Below, piece by piece: positions 28,767 to 38,696 of a stretch of DNA of 64,000 nt. Position numbers and translations under genes: made by a program. The notes beneath the pieces are model-generated. The model was not told the origin of the DNA, made no database searches, and was given only the letters and a program-made list of their open reading frames with translations. How positions within the stretch are numbered: the stretch's first letter is position 1; each line of letters starts with the position of its first letter. This DNA is from Puia sp. (GTDB lineage Bacteria; Bacteroidota; Bacteroidia; Chitinophagales; Chitinophagaceae). The stretch spans positions 77,500-141,499 of the forward strand of contig DATMGS010000019.1 of NCBI GenBank assembly GCA_035555335.1, given 5' to 3'.

Positions 28767-29963
28767 ATGAGGCGGTCTAGAATCCAATTATCCGGGGTGA
28801 CCCTATTATTGTTGTTGTGTTGGGGAGCCTTAAAACCTTTACCGTCTGCAGCGCAGACCTGTTCAGGTACCTTACAATCGACTACCTATAGTACTTCCGT
28901 GTCCGGAAGCGGTAATAACACATATTCTCCTGTATTTCCTCAATATTCGCCGCCGGCCGGTTATACCCTGCTGGCCGCTGTTCTCAGTTCGACCATTACG
29001 GTTGTCGCTACCCTCGATGTCTCCAATTCCGGTGGCGCCACCACATCTAAGCTGGGTGTCACTGACGAGGATATCGTTCAATTGAACGGCAGCGATATTA
29101 CAGATGCTTCAGGAAATGATATTTCGGATGTCTCCGTTGCTAAAAACCTGGGTACTTTCGCGATTCCTACTGGCAATACTACGATAGGACCCACGACTGC
29201 CTTCAGCAATAAACAAGTGGTCTACGACTCCCTGACCACCGCTAACGGCCTGCTCAATTCCTTTATCGGCAGCGGCAATCTGAATCTGACGTATTCGAAT
29301 TCCAGCGGCTATTCGACCACCGCATCCGTAACAGTAACACCTACTTTCTCCGTTTCAGCCGTATTCGCCCTTACTTACTACTATTGTTATACGGGCCCTT
29401 TGGCAGCCGATATTTTAACGTTTACGGCTACCCGCGAAAATGACCAGCATGTCTCATTGAACTGGCTTACGACCAATGAAAATGCCGGCCGGAAATATAT
29501 CGTCGAGGTAAGTCCCGGCGGTGGCGGCGCATTTTCGGACTTAGCCACCCTACCGGCGGACCCTCTTAACAGCGACGCAAGTTATTCCTATGATTATATC
29601 ATCAGGGCGACGGATAAAGGCAAGCTCTATTTCCGGCTAAAATTAGTCAATGCCGACGGCACGATCGCTTATTCGCCCTTGCGCATCATCGACCTGAGCA
29701 CCGGCACAGGTACCGGATCGGGATTTTCCATCTATCCCAATCCCCCCACTGATTATATCAACCTGGTATTCCCTCCGGCTGCCCAGGGCTGGCAGGTAGA
29801 CATCCTCGCCGCGGACGGTAGCCTGGTACAACGGAATTATTATAGCAATATCAGTACCGGCCGGCTGAGCTTCCAGCGCCCACTATCTGCCGGAACCTAT
29901 TTTGCACGGGCAACGGATCTGCAGGCTGCTAAGAGTTATGTGGCTCCATTCGTGATTCATTAA
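28767..29963 (+). CDS. T9SS type A sorting domain protein, paralogue of the upstream gene
   Basis: Signal peptide; FPQYSPPAGYTLLAAV; FIGSGNLNLTY matches FLGTGNVSLAY of the paralogue; IYPNPP...LSAGTYF C-terminal domain. Confidence 0.8.
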   Translation: MRRSRIQLSGVTLLLLLCWGALKPLPSAAQTCSGTLQSTTYSTSVSGSGNNTYSPVFPQYSPPAGYTLLAAVLSSTITVVATLDVSNSGGATTSKLGVTDEDIVQLNGSDITDASGNDISDVSVAKNLGTFAIPTGNTTIGPTTAFSNKQVVYDSLTTANGLLNSFIGSGNLNLTYSNSSGYSTTASVTVTPTFSVSAVFALTYYYCYTGPLAADILTFTATRENDQHVSLNWLTTNENAGRKYIVEVSPGGGGAFSDLATLPADPLNSDASYSYDYIIRATDKGKLYFRLKLVNADGTIAYSPLRIIDLSTGTGTGSGFSIYPNPPTDYINLVFPPAAQGWQVDILAADGSLVQRNYYSNISTGRLSFQRPLSAGTYFARATDLQAAKSYVAPFVIH

Positions 29964-30367
29964 CAAAGCGGCTTCTCCATACACAACTCTATCAGCACCC
30001 CATTCGTATCGCGGGGGTGAAGGAAACAGATCAATTTATTGTCGGCCCCTGATTTGGGCGCATCGCTGAGCAGCGTGAACCCTGCCGCAGCAAGCCGTTG
30101 CATCTCCGCATGGATATCGGCTACTTCAAAAGCGATATGGTGCATGCCTTCTCCCTTTTTTTCCACGTAGCGGGTGATGATGCTGTCGGGGACCATGCCC
30201 TGCAGCAGTTCGATCTTGGTCTCTCCCTTCTGAAAGAAAGCAGTGTGGACCTGCTCACTCTCCACCTGTTCCGTCTTATAACAGGGACTATCCAGGAGCC
30301 GCTCGAACAAGGGGATGGAAATGCCCAGGTCTTTGACAGCGATGCCTATATGTTCGACTTTATGCAT
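29960..30367 (-). CDS. mce: Methylmalonyl-CoA epimerase
   Basis: EHIGIAV, KIELL, GEGMHHIAFEV, FLHPRDTNGVLIEL. Confidence 0.95.
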   Translation of the reverse strand: MHKVEHIGIAVKDLGISIPLFERLLDSPCYKTEQVESEQVHTAFFQKGETKIELLQGMVPDSIITRYVEKKGEGMHHIAFEVADIHAEMQRLAAAGFTLLSDAPKSGADNKLICFLHPRDTNGVLIELCMEKPLC

Positions 30368-30395
30368 GCGGGAATCTTTTAGTAAAAATAAGGGG

Positions 30396-30403
30396 TAATT
30401 TTG
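30396..30403 (+). promoter_or_regulatory. -7 promoter element of iscS within a 40-bp divergent intergenic gap
   Basis: TAATTTTG, 4 nt before the ATG. Confidence 0.6.
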
Positions 30404-30407
30404 TGCT

Positions 30408-31616
30408 ATGTTACAACTGCCTGTCTATCTCGATCATAATGCGACAACGCCCTGCGACCCCCGGGTCGTGGAGGCGATGCTCCCCTATTTCACGGAGAAG
30501 TTCGGCAATGCGGCCAGCCGGACCCATTCCTTCGGATGGGAAGGGGAGGAGGCTGTGGAATATGCCCGGGAGCAGATCGCTGCCCTGATCGGCGCCGAGC
30601 CGAAAGAAATTGTCTTCACTTCCGGAGCTACAGAGGCGGATAACCTGGCGATAAAGGGGGTATTTGAACTCTATGCCGGCAAGGGCAATCATATTATTAC
30701 AGTGGCGACGGAACACAAGGCGGTCCTGGATACCTGCCATCATCTCGAAAAGATGGGCGGGGAAGTGACATACCTGCCGGTCGGCCCGGATGGGCTGATC
30801 GACCTGGCGGAGCTGGAGGCGGCTATAAGGCCTGCTACAATCCTTATTGCCGTTATGTACGCCAATAATGAGATCGGGGTAATCCAGCCCATCCGGGCAA
30901 TCAGCCGGATCGCCCGGGAACATGGGGTGGTCTTCTTTACGGATGCCGCACAAGCAGCGGGAAAGATTCCCGTGGATGTGAATGCCGACGGTATCGACCT
31001 GATGGCGCTCAGCGCTCATAAGCTATATGGTCCCAAAGGGGTGGGCGCCTTGTACGTGCGGCGGAAAAATCCCCGGGTGAGGCTGGCCGCGCAGATGGAT
31101 GGGGGAGGACATGAGCGCGGGATGCGCAGCGGTACCCTGAATGTGCCGGGGATCGTAGGGTTTGGCAAGGCCTGTGAACTGTGCCGGCTGGAAATGGAGG
31201 CGGACAACAGACGTATCGCACCGTTGCGGGACCGGCTTGAAAATGCCCTGCTGGAGCTGGAACAGTCTTTTGTAAACGGGAGCCGGGAGCATCGTCTTCC
31301 CCAGACAACGAATATCTCCTTTAAGTACGTAGATGCGGAAGGGCTGATCACGACTGTCAATAAGGATCTGGCTGTTTCTTCCGGCTCGGCCTGTACTTCG
31401 GCTTCGCTGGAACCCAGCTATGTGCTGAAAGCGCTGGGACTGGATGATGCATTGGCGCATAGCTCTTTGCGCTTTGGTTTGGGACGATTCACTACCGAAG
31501 AAGGGGTAAATTATGCTATAGAACGGCTAAAAGAGGGCGTAAGCCGGCTCCGGGAAAACAGTCCCTTATGGGAAATGTATCGGAACGGCAACGAAATAGG
31601 ATCAATAAGTGAATGA
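30408..31616 (+). CDS. iscS: Cysteine desulfurase (IscS type)
   Basis: [19 protein letters not shown] (PLP lysine), [14 protein letters not shown] (catalytic Cys). Confidence 0.96.
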   Translation: MLQLPVYLDHNATTPCDPRVVEAMLPYFTEKFGNAASRTHSFGWEGEEAVEYAREQIAALIGAEPKEIVFTSGATEADNLAIKGVFELYAGKGNHIITVATEHKAVLDTCHHLEKMGGEVTYLPVGPDGLIDLAELEAAIRPATILIAVMYANNEIGVIQPIRAISRIAREHGVVFFTDAAQAAGKIPVDVNADGIDLMALSAHKLYGPKGVGALYVRRKNPRVRLAAQMDGGGHERGMRSGTLNVPGIVGFGKACELCRLEMEADNRRIAPLRDRLENALLELEQSFVNGSREHRLPQTTNISFKYVDAEGLITTVNKDLAVSSGSACTSASLEPSYVLKALGLDDALAHSSLRFGLGRFTTEEGVNYAIERLKEGVSRLRENSPLWEMYRNGNEIGSISE

Positions 31617-31831
31617 TTATAAGGCAAATAGGAGAGAAGGAAGCGGAATTTTTTATATATAGTTTAAAATTGTTATTTGTTAATGTATTAATTTGTAATA
31701 TGTAAATCGGGCCGGCAGGAGGCAATAGCTGACCGCAGATTGGATCCGGAATTTGAGCCCATTCGGGCAAGCAGGCGACCCGGCATCAGGGTGGGAGGAG
31801 GGCTGGAAGAGCCTTGGAACTGGCTTAAATT

Positions 31832-31858
31832 AAAAAACCCGCCTTGAAGGGGCGGATC
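31832..31858 (-). terminator. Rho-independent terminator on the minus strand
   Basis: Minus strand GATCCGCC-CCTTCAA-GGCGGGT-TTTTT. Confidence 0.8.
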
Positions 31859-31860
31859 TT

Positions 31861-31974
31861 TCATGCAGTTGGTTTCGGTTCAATTTTTTTTGTACTGAAC
31901 CTAATATCTTTTTGACAGGAAGGTTGTTCGATAACGAGCATGCGAATATAAGTAATCCTTCCATTCGAGTGCAT
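31861..31974 (-). CDS. Candidate 37-aa small protein (MHSNGRITYIRMLVIEQPSCQKDIRFSTKKIEPKPTA)
   Basis: A-rich start context (ATAAAAATG); stop codon 2 nt before a terminator; no other minus-strand gene explains the terminator; below the ORF-track cutoff. Confidence 0.45.
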   Translation of the reverse strand: MHSNGRITYIRMLVIEQPSCQKDIRFSTKKIEPKPTA

Positions 31975-32112
31975 TTTTATGTGGATCTAATTTAAATTTT
32001 TTTTCACATTTCGTTATTTATAATATAATTAACATGACCTATATAATAAATGGCGAAGACATTAATCGTTTAAATAAAACGTTTAAAAGCTATAACACTT
32101 ATTTTCGTGCTT

Positions 32113-32847
32113 ATGTGGGCAGTTTGTAAAAAAGAACTCCGTCAGTTTTTTAGTAGTCTTACCGGTTATATAGCCATTATTGTTTTCCTGTTGCTGAACG
32201 GATTACTCTTATTCGTGTTTCCGGCTACGGATATACTGCTATTTGGCTACGCCACCCTCGATAAGTATTTTGAACTGGCCCCCTGGATCCTGTTGCTGCT
32301 GATCCCGGCCATCACCATGCGCAGCCTTTCCGATGAGTTCCGCATGGGGACATTCGAGATCCTGCAGACCACCCCGCTGAGCCGGACACAGCTCGTAGGA
32401 GGAAAATACCTGGCCAGCCTGCTGGTCGTCCTGGTGGCGCTGCTGCCGACCCTGCTCTATTTTTTATCCATACAGCGTCTCTCCGGACAGGGAGGCATCG
32501 ACATCGGCGCTACCATCGGCAGCTATATCGGTCTGTTCTTCCTGGGCGCCGTATTCACCGCTATCGGTATCTTCTGTAGCAGCTGGACCAACAACGCCGT
32601 AGTCGCTTTTATAGGGGCGGCATTCGCCTGCTTCCTCCTCTATAGCGGATTCGGGGCTGTCAGCCAACTGCCCGTTTTTGCGGCAGGCGCTGATTATTAT
32701 ATCGAAATGATCGGGATCGACTTTCACTATCGCAGCATCAGCCGCGGCGTCATCGATAGCAGGGACCTGATCTATTTTCTAAGCGTCATATTTTTATTTC
32801 TAAGCCTGACCAACCGTAACCTGGCCCAACGCCTGGCAAATCGTTAA
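32113..32847 (+). CDS. gldF: Gliding motility-associated ABC transporter permease GldF
   Basis: MWAVCKKELRQFFSSLTGY; PAITMRSLSDE; FRMGTFEIL; adjacent to gldG. Confidence 0.93.
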   Translation: MWAVCKKELRQFFSSLTGYIAIIVFLLLNGLLLFVFPATDILLFGYATLDKYFELAPWILLLLIPAITMRSLSDEFRMGTFEILQTTPLSRTQLVGGKYLASLLVVLVALLPTLLYFLSIQRLSGQGGIDIGATIGSYIGLFFLGAVFTAIGIFCSSWTNNAVVAFIGAAFACFLLYSGFGAVSQLPVFAAGADYYIEMIGIDFHYRSISRGVIDSRDLIYFLSVIFLFLSLTNRNLAQRLANR

Positions 32848-32876
32848 CCGATCCGAATACACTCGAACAAACCGAT

Positions 32877-34586
32877 ATGCAAAAACTATTGTCCTCAAAA
32901 TATGGATGGCTTGCGTTGATCGTGCTGCTGGTCCTGGTCAACCTCCTGGCCAGTCACCTGCATTACCGCCTCGATCTTACCCGGGAGAAACGTTATACCC
33001 TAAGCGCTCCCACCAAAGACCTTCTGAGTAAGCTCGATGACGATATAGAAGTCGACTTCTTTTTACAGGGAGACCTCAAGGCGGGCATCCGGCAATTGTC
33101 CAAGAGCACGCAGGAACTGCTGCAGGAATTTTCCGAATACTGCGACGGGAAGATCCGCGTGCGCACCTTCGACCCGCTCATCACCCTCGACGATTCCGCC
33201 AAGGCCACCTTCCTGGACTCACTCCGTAAAATCGGCATCCAGCCCATGACACAGGTAGCACAATCCAAAAAAGGCGAAGAGCAGAGCCAGCGCCTCGTCA
33301 TCCCCGGAGCCATCCTGAAATACAAGGACAAGATCTTCCCCGTAGATCTTCTGAAAGGAGTGCAGGTAGGCAGCGAAGGACATCCGGAAGAACAGCTCTA
33401 TACCAACGCGGAGACCTTGCTGGAATACAAATTCGGCAGCGCCATCGATAAGATCACCCGCAAACAGCCCCCCGCCGTCGGATATGTCGTCGGCAACGGA
33501 GAACCCCTGGACTTCCGGGTCTATAGCCTGATCCAGGGACTTCGGACCAATTACCGCTTCGGCGTGCTCCGCCTCGATAGCGTCCCGCTCATCCCCCTGC
33601 AATACGATGCACTCGTCATCGTCAAGCCCACGGAAAAATTCACGGACCGCGAGAAATTATCCCTGGACCAGTATGTGATGCACGGCGGCAAGCTCATCTG
33701 GGCCATCGATCAGCTGCATGATGAATTGGACAGCCTCCGCCTGGATCGCGAGACAGTAGCTTATGACCGGGGACTGGAACTGGAAGACCTTTTCTTCAAA
33801 TATGGAGTACGGGTCAACCAGAACCTGGTCGAAGACATCCAATCCGCTCCGATCAATATGGTCGTCGGCATGCGGGGCGATAAACCGGATATCCAGCTGG
33901 TCCAATGGCCCTATTTCCCCCTGCTCAACGGCAGCCTCACCCATCCCATTTCCAAAAACCTGAACCCCGTCTTTGCCAAATTTGCCAATTCCATCGATAC
34001 CGTCAAAGCCCCCGGCATCCTGAAGACCGTCCTGCTCCAAAGCTCCGCCAATGGCAGGACCATCAGTTCACCGGCCCTCATCACTTCCGAGAGCGTCAAA
34101 CAGGCCAGCGATCCGCAGCTATTCCACACCCCCAATATCCCGGTGGCCATGCTGCTGGAAGGGAAGTTCAATTCCTTATTCGCCAATCGCGTCGGCACGG
34201 CCGTAGCCGATAGCCTGGCCAACTACTATAGACAGCCATTCCTGCCCGCGGCAACGAATAACACGGCCGTCATCGTCATCGGAGATGCGGATATCGTAAT
34301 GAACGAGGTCAGCCGGCAGAGACCGCTGCCAATGGGTTTTGACAAGGACAATGAATACACATTCGCCAATGAAGACTTTATACAGAACTGTGTCGAATAC
34401 CTGGTGAACCCCTCGCGGATCCTGGAGACCCGCTCCAAAGACTATACCCTGCGCCTGCTGGATGCGACCAAAGTGGAGGAAGAGCGCAGCTTCTGGCAAT
34501 TCATCAATATCCTGCTGCCGGTGCTGCTCGTGATCGCCGGCGGGTATGTTTACCAGGCCCTGCGCAAGCGAAAGTACCAGGGTTAA
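32877..34586 (+). CDS. gldG: Gliding motility-associated ABC transporter substrate-binding protein GldG
   Basis: RLDLTREKRYTLS, LEYKF, LDQYVMHGGK, N- and C-terminal TM helices. Confidence 0.93.
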   Translation: MQKLLSSKYGWLALIVLLVLVNLLASHLHYRLDLTREKRYTLSAPTKDLLSKLDDDIEVDFFLQGDLKAGIRQLSKSTQELLQEFSEYCDGKIRVRTFDPLITLDDSAKATFLDSLRKIGIQPMTQVAQSKKGEEQSQRLVIPGAILKYKDKIFPVDLLKGVQVGSEGHPEEQLYTNAETLLEYKFGSAIDKITRKQPPAVGYVVGNGEPLDFRVYSLIQGLRTNYRFGVLRLDSVPLIPLQYDALVIVKPTEKFTDREKLSLDQYVMHGGKLIWAIDQLHDELDSLRLDRETVAYDRGLELEDLFFKYGVRVNQNLVEDIQSAPINMVVGMRGDKPDIQLVQWPYFPLLNGSLTHPISKNLNPVFAKFANSIDTVKAPGILKTVLLQSSANGRTISSPALITSESVKQASDPQLFHTPNIPVAMLLEGKFNSLFANRVGTAVADSLANYYRQPFLPAATNNTAVIVIGDADIVMNEVSRQRPLPMGFDKDNEYTFANEDFIQNCVEYLVNPSRILETRSKDYTLRLLDATKVEEERSFWQFINILLPVLLVIAGGYVYQALRKRKYQG

Positions 34587-35254
34587 TTCAGCTTGCCCTG
34601 CTGTGCCTCCTGCTTCATTTCATTGTTGGCGGTAATCCCGACTTCCACACGCCGGTTGAGCGACCGGTTCGCATCCGTGGTATTGGGATATTTCGGCTGG
34701 GTCTCTCCATACCATTTGATATCCATACGGTTGGTGGCAACGCCTTTGGATTGCAGGAACTCACTGACGGAATAAGCCCGTTTTTTGGATAACTCCATAT
34801 TGTACTCAGGCGCTCCCGTATTATCGGTATGTCCTTCGACCAGGATATTCGTCTCCGGATATTTTATAAATACGCTGGCCACTTTTTCCAAATTGACCTT
34901 GGCAGCTTCGCTCAATGCGCTCGAATTGATGGTGAAAAGCAGCCCCGAATTGAAAGTCATATTGATCCCTTCCCCCACACGCTCGACCTGGGCATCCGGC
35001 ACGGCCTGCTTGATTTCCTGGGCCTGCTTGTCCATATGGTGCCCGATCAGGTAACCCGCACCTCCGCCTACCCCAGCTCCGATCAACGCCCATAATACGG
35101 AGCTCTTGCCTCCTCCCCCCGCCAGGGCCCCTGCCGTGGTGCCGGCGGCAACGCCAATGGCCGTTCCCTTCTGCGTATTGTTCATGCTTTTACAGTTCGT
35201 TAGCAGCACCGCTATCATAGCCGGGATAAAAATGATCTTTTTGCTTTTGTTCAT
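34583..35254 (-). CDS. OmpA family lipoprotein with glycine zipper
   Basis: Lipobox LLTNC; glycine-rich zipper; VEGHTDNTG...LSKKRA...NRRVEV peptidoglycan-binding domain. Confidence 0.93.
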   Translation of the reverse strand: MNKSKKIIFIPAMIAVLLTNCKSMNNTQKGTAIGVAAGTTAGALAGGGGKSSVLWALIGAGVGGGAGYLIGHHMDKQAQEIKQAVPDAQVERVGEGINMTFNSGLLFTINSSALSEAAKVNLEKVASVFIKYPETNILVEGHTDNTGAPEYNMELSKKRAYSVSEFLQSKGVATNRMDIKWYGETQPKYPNTTDANRSLNRRVEVGITANNEMKQEAQQGKLN

Positions 35255-35308
35255 GGTGGTGTTTTTAGGTTAGCAAATACAATAACTGGTTAGCGGGAGA
35301 TGGATCCC

Positions 35309-36133
35309 TTATTTACAAATGGAAGCCTGGACCAGGTCGATGTTAATATCCTTCATGCCGGCTTCCTGGGACGAACGGATGCTGTTGCAGAGCGCTTGCC
35401 TATCCGTATTACTCATCTTTTTTCCCAGGATTTCAGCGTTATCCGTGCCGTATTTTTTCTGATTTATCTTAATCAGGGTGGTCGTCCTGGCCTTCCACGC
35501 TTCACCGTCATTCTTACCCCTGCCAATGGCTTCGTCATAATTGCCAAGAGCAGTGGATAAATTTCCCGCTGCCACATTGATATCTCCCCGCTGCATGTAA
35601 AAGCTGAGATTACTGTTGTCCATCGAAATGGCCTGGCCGATATGTTGCAGCGCATCTGAATACAGCTGCTGCCTCATTTCAGCCTCGGCTATCTTCGCAT
35701 AGATGGTGGCCCGCTGGGGAATATTCCGGTTTTTTGCCGTAAGGCCCGTAATGGTGTTCAGGTCCGTCCTCGCCTGATCGGTCATGCCCAGGGCCAGCTC
35801 TGCATTGGCCCTTTCAAAAAGGTTATCCAGGCTGGACGCATTGATCTTCAACCCTGCATTGGCGGCTGCCAGCGCATCGTTATACTGCTGCAGGCCATTC
35901 AGGGCCGTGGCCTTGCCGGCATAACCCTTTTCTTTTGCATCGTAAGCATCGCATTTTTGCAGTACTTTAGTGAAATTATCCAGCGCAGCGCTGTAATTGC
36001 CCGCCTTGTTCTGGGACTGACCGGTATTGATGAGATCATAGCAGCTGTTTGACATAGTGACCAGGCCGCTCTTGCAATTACTGATCAAAAAGGAGAGCAC
36101 AAAGAAGCTCAATAGGCGAATGGGTGTTTTCAT
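35309..36133 (-). CDS. Tetratricopeptide repeat lipoprotein
   Basis: Lipobox LISNC; multiple TPR-like helical repeats. Confidence 0.85.
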   Translation of the reverse strand: MKTPIRLLSFFVLSFLISNCKSGLVTMSNSCYDLINTGQSQNKAGNYSAALDNFTKVLQKCDAYDAKEKGYAGKATALNGLQQYNDALAAANAGLKINASSLDNLFERANAELALGMTDQARTDLNTITGLTAKNRNIPQRATIYAKIAEAEMRQQLYSDALQHIGQAISMDNSNLSFYMQRGDINVAAGNLSTALGNYDEAIGRGKNDGEAWKARTTTLIKINQKKYGTDNAEILGKKMSNTDRQALCNSIRSSQEAGMKDINIDLVQASICK

Positions 36134-36188
36134 GGTATAGTTAAAGCGCTAAATTAGGAATAATTCCAATATCACCAGTCAAAAGAAT

Positions 36189-37718
36189 ATGAACTTTAAC
36201 CTTAGCAACCGGGTCCTTTTCTGGGGAATGCTGCTCCTCTATTTTATTTTTCTGGGTTACGGGATCCTTCATGCCGATTATCTGTTCACCGACGAAGCCT
36301 TTATGCTCTGGCACCAGCAAGATCACCACACGCTGTTTGCCTATTGTAGTACGCAAGGCAGGGCGCTGACGGGCTGGCTGGAGCAGGGGCTTTTTGCCGC
36401 CTGCGGCCGGGCATCGAATGTGAGATACATCCGCGTGTTATCGCTGGGGGGATTTGCGATAACAGTGGTCCTTCTTTTCGGAATGCTGAAGCGTTTGCAG
36501 CAGAAAGGGCGACTTCCCCTCAGCGATCCCCTGATCTATCTTACGGTGGCTTTTGTGGCTGCCTCTCTTTCCACGACGATCTGTATCGGCTGGGCTGTCT
36601 GCACGGAGATCTTCATCCCCACTATGCTTAGCCTGGCGGCGGGCTGGCTATTGTATGAGGCGGTAAAGCCTTCCGGCCCGGCGGATAAGGCGACGTCCGT
36701 CAGGATCCCGACCCTGACCTCTTTATCAGTCCTGGCCCTGGGCGTGACGGCATTGTTCTTTTATCAACCCTCTTATCCCTTTCTGCTGCTGCCATTCTAT
36801 CTCCTGTTCCTCACCCGGAAGGACGGTAAGATCGGTAAGCCGGTCGTCATAGGGCTGGTATATTATTTTGCCGGGCTGGGGATCTATTTCCTGCTTTTCA
36901 AATATTCGCTGAAGGCGTGGGGCATGGTGGCTTCCCCCCGGACTGCGCTGACTTTCAACCCTCTGGACCGGATCTCTTTTTTCTTTTCTTCCCCCATGAA
37001 CCAGGCGTTTAACGGCAATGCCCTTTTCGATGCCCGCAGTATCCTTTCCCAGGCGGTATTCCCGGTGCTGTTCCTGTGCTGGGTAGTATCGGTCTTTTAT
37101 TCCGGCCGCAATATCCGCTACCTCCTGGGAATACTGGCCTTCTGGATCCTGGGGTATTTGCCGCAGCTGATCGCCCGGGAAAGCTTTGGCCCCTACCGTA
37201 CCATGCTGGTGCTGAGCGTGATGATCTTTATGCTGCTGGCGGATACGGCATTGCCGATGATCCGCTCCCCCCGTGCGCGAACAATCTTTGCCTTTATTCT
37301 CATCGGGGCTCTCCTGACGACCGGGGCCTACCATTATAAAGCATACCTGGCGGATCCGTTGAGCAAGGAATACGCATCCATCCGGACGGCGGTCCGGGAG
37401 GGCTATTCAGACCGGATCCGGGAGGTGGTGTTTATCCGGGCTTCCGATCATGGGTTCGATAAGAGCCTTGGTATCGGGAGCTATAAAGATGAGTTCGGGA
37501 TGCCTTCGACGAATAAGGATTGGACGCCGGAGCCGCTGGTGAAGCAGCTCGTATGGGAGCTGACGGGCAGCCGGCAGCAGGCGGAGGCGTTGAGACTGGT
37601 GCAATATGCCAGTGAGGAGGAGTGGAAGGCGGCCACCGGCAAGGCCGGCGATAGCGTGCTTACTATCAATGCTCCCCAACTGTTAAATGATCTTAATAAG
37701 CGGAGCGGCCACCCCTGA
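36189..37718 (+). CDS. Polytopic membrane glycosyltransferase-like protein (GtrII/GT-C-like)
   Basis: N-terminal TM followed by DYLFTDE and QGRAL, FFYQP motif, more than ten TM helices, soluble C-terminal domain. Confidence 0.6.
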   Translation: MNFNLSNRVLFWGMLLLYFIFLGYGILHADYLFTDEAFMLWHQQDHHTLFAYCSTQGRALTGWLEQGLFAACGRASNVRYIRVLSLGGFAITVVLLFGMLKRLQQKGRLPLSDPLIYLTVAFVAASLSTTICIGWAVCTEIFIPTMLSLAAGWLLYEAVKPSGPADKATSVRIPTLTSLSVLALGVTALFFYQPSYPFLLLPFYLLFLTRKDGKIGKPVVIGLVYYFAGLGIYFLLFKYSLKAWGMVASPRTALTFNPLDRISFFFSSPMNQAFNGNALFDARSILSQAVFPVLFLCWVVSVFYSGRNIRYLLGILAFWILGYLPQLIARESFGPYRTMLVLSVMIFMLLADTALPMIRSPRARTIFAFILIGALLTTGAYHYKAYLADPLSKEYASIRTAVREGYSDRIREVVFIRASDHGFDKSLGIGSYKDEFGMPSTNKDWTPEPLVKQLVWELTGSRQQAEALRLVQYASEEEWKAATGKAGDSVLTINAPQLLNDLNKRSGHP

Positions 37719-37734
37719 AATGGCGGTGTGTTCG

Positions 37735-37742
37735 TACCTTTG
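37735..37742 (+). promoter_or_regulatory. -7 promoter element of the terC-alr unit
   Basis: TACCTTTG upstream of the ATG at 37759. Confidence 0.55.
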
Positions 37743-37758
37743 GTAATCAATAGGATAT

Positions 37759-38691
37759 ATGGATAGTTCGGAGATAACGTATTTAACTTTTGGAATTGTA
37801 CTGTTGCTGGCGGTGGTCTTCGACCTGGGTTTGCTGAGCAGGAAGGGGGCTACGGTCTCTATTAAACGGGCGTTGCTCCAGACTGCCTTCTGGGTGGGAT
37901 TGGCGCTGGCTTTCTTCGCCTTCCTCTGGTATGAGAACGGGCATAAAATGGCCGTGGAATATCTAAGCGCCTACCTGATGGAGTGGAGCCTCAGCGTGGA
38001 TAATATCTTTGTCTTTATCCTCATCTTTTCCTTTTTCCAGGTGAAACCGGCATATTATGGCCGGGTGCTGCTCGTCGGGATCCTGCTGGCCATCGTGCTG
38101 CGGATCATTTTTATCACGGTGGGGATCGCCCTGGTGACACAGTTCCACTGGCTATTGTATATCTTCGGAGGGATCCTGATCTATACGGGGATCAGTATGT
38201 TCAGGGCCAGGGAAGAAGAAGAGATGGATGTGGAGGACAACCGGGTATACAAATTCCTGAAGCGGCTGCTGCCTTTAACGGGCAGTGATGGGGAAGGCCG
38301 GATGACGATCCGTAACAAGGATGGCAAGAAGCTCTTTACCACGCTGTTCGTGGTGGTGGTGCTGCTCGCCACGACGGATATCCTCTTTGCCGTAGACTCC
38401 ATACCCGCCGTATTCGGTATTACACGGGAAAAAATGGTCATTTATACCTCGAATATATTTGCGGTGCTGGGACTTCGATCCCTGTTCTTCCTGTTAAGGG
38501 GAGCGGTGGCGAGGTTCGGCCATTTACAGCAGGGCATCGCGGTGGTGCTGGTCTTTGTGGGGCTGAAGATGCTGGCGGAGATCATCGATATTGTACTGCC
38601 GGTATATGTGTCGCTGCTGGTGATCCTGACTTGTATCACAACGGCTATCTTTTATTCCATGTATTCAACGGGAGGGAAGAAGGACATTTAG
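37759..38691 (+). CDS. TerC/Alx family metal homeostasis membrane protein
   Basis: EWSLSVDNIFVF, TDILFAVDSIPA, TSNIFAVLGLRSLFF. Confidence 0.93.
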   Translation: MDSSEITYLTFGIVLLLAVVFDLGLLSRKGATVSIKRALLQTAFWVGLALAFFAFLWYENGHKMAVEYLSAYLMEWSLSVDNIFVFILIFSFFQVKPAYYGRVLLVGILLAIVLRIIFITVGIALVTQFHWLLYIFGGILIYTGISMFRAREEEEMDVEDNRVYKFLKRLLPLTGSDGEGRMTIRNKDGKKLFTTLFVVVVLLATTDILFAVDSIPAVFGITREKMVIYTSNIFAVLGLRSLFFLLRGAVARFGHLQQGIAVVLVFVGLKMLAEIIDIVLPVYVSLLVILTCITTAIFYSMYSTGGKKDI

Positions 38692-38696
38692 TACTG

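Noticed and set aside
31830-31964. Alternative 44-aa ORF (MEGLLIFACS...) in the iscS-gldF gap
   Set aside because: It reads through the terminator hairpin and U-tract; the 37-aa frame that stops just before the terminator fits better.
31700-31990. 6S, SRP or tmRNA gene in the iscS-gldF gap
   Set aside because: I could not recognise the diagnostic motifs of any of these RNAs; an Infernal search is needed for a firm answer.
32113-34586. gldF-gldG without gldA as an incomplete system
   Set aside because: gldA is known to be unlinked from gldFG in Flavobacterium, so the arrangement is ordinary.
37719-37758. yybP-ykoY manganese riboswitch upstream of the TerC/Alx gene
   Set aside because: The intergenic gap is only 40 bp and the promoter element lies 16 nt before the ATG, leaving no room for the aptamer.
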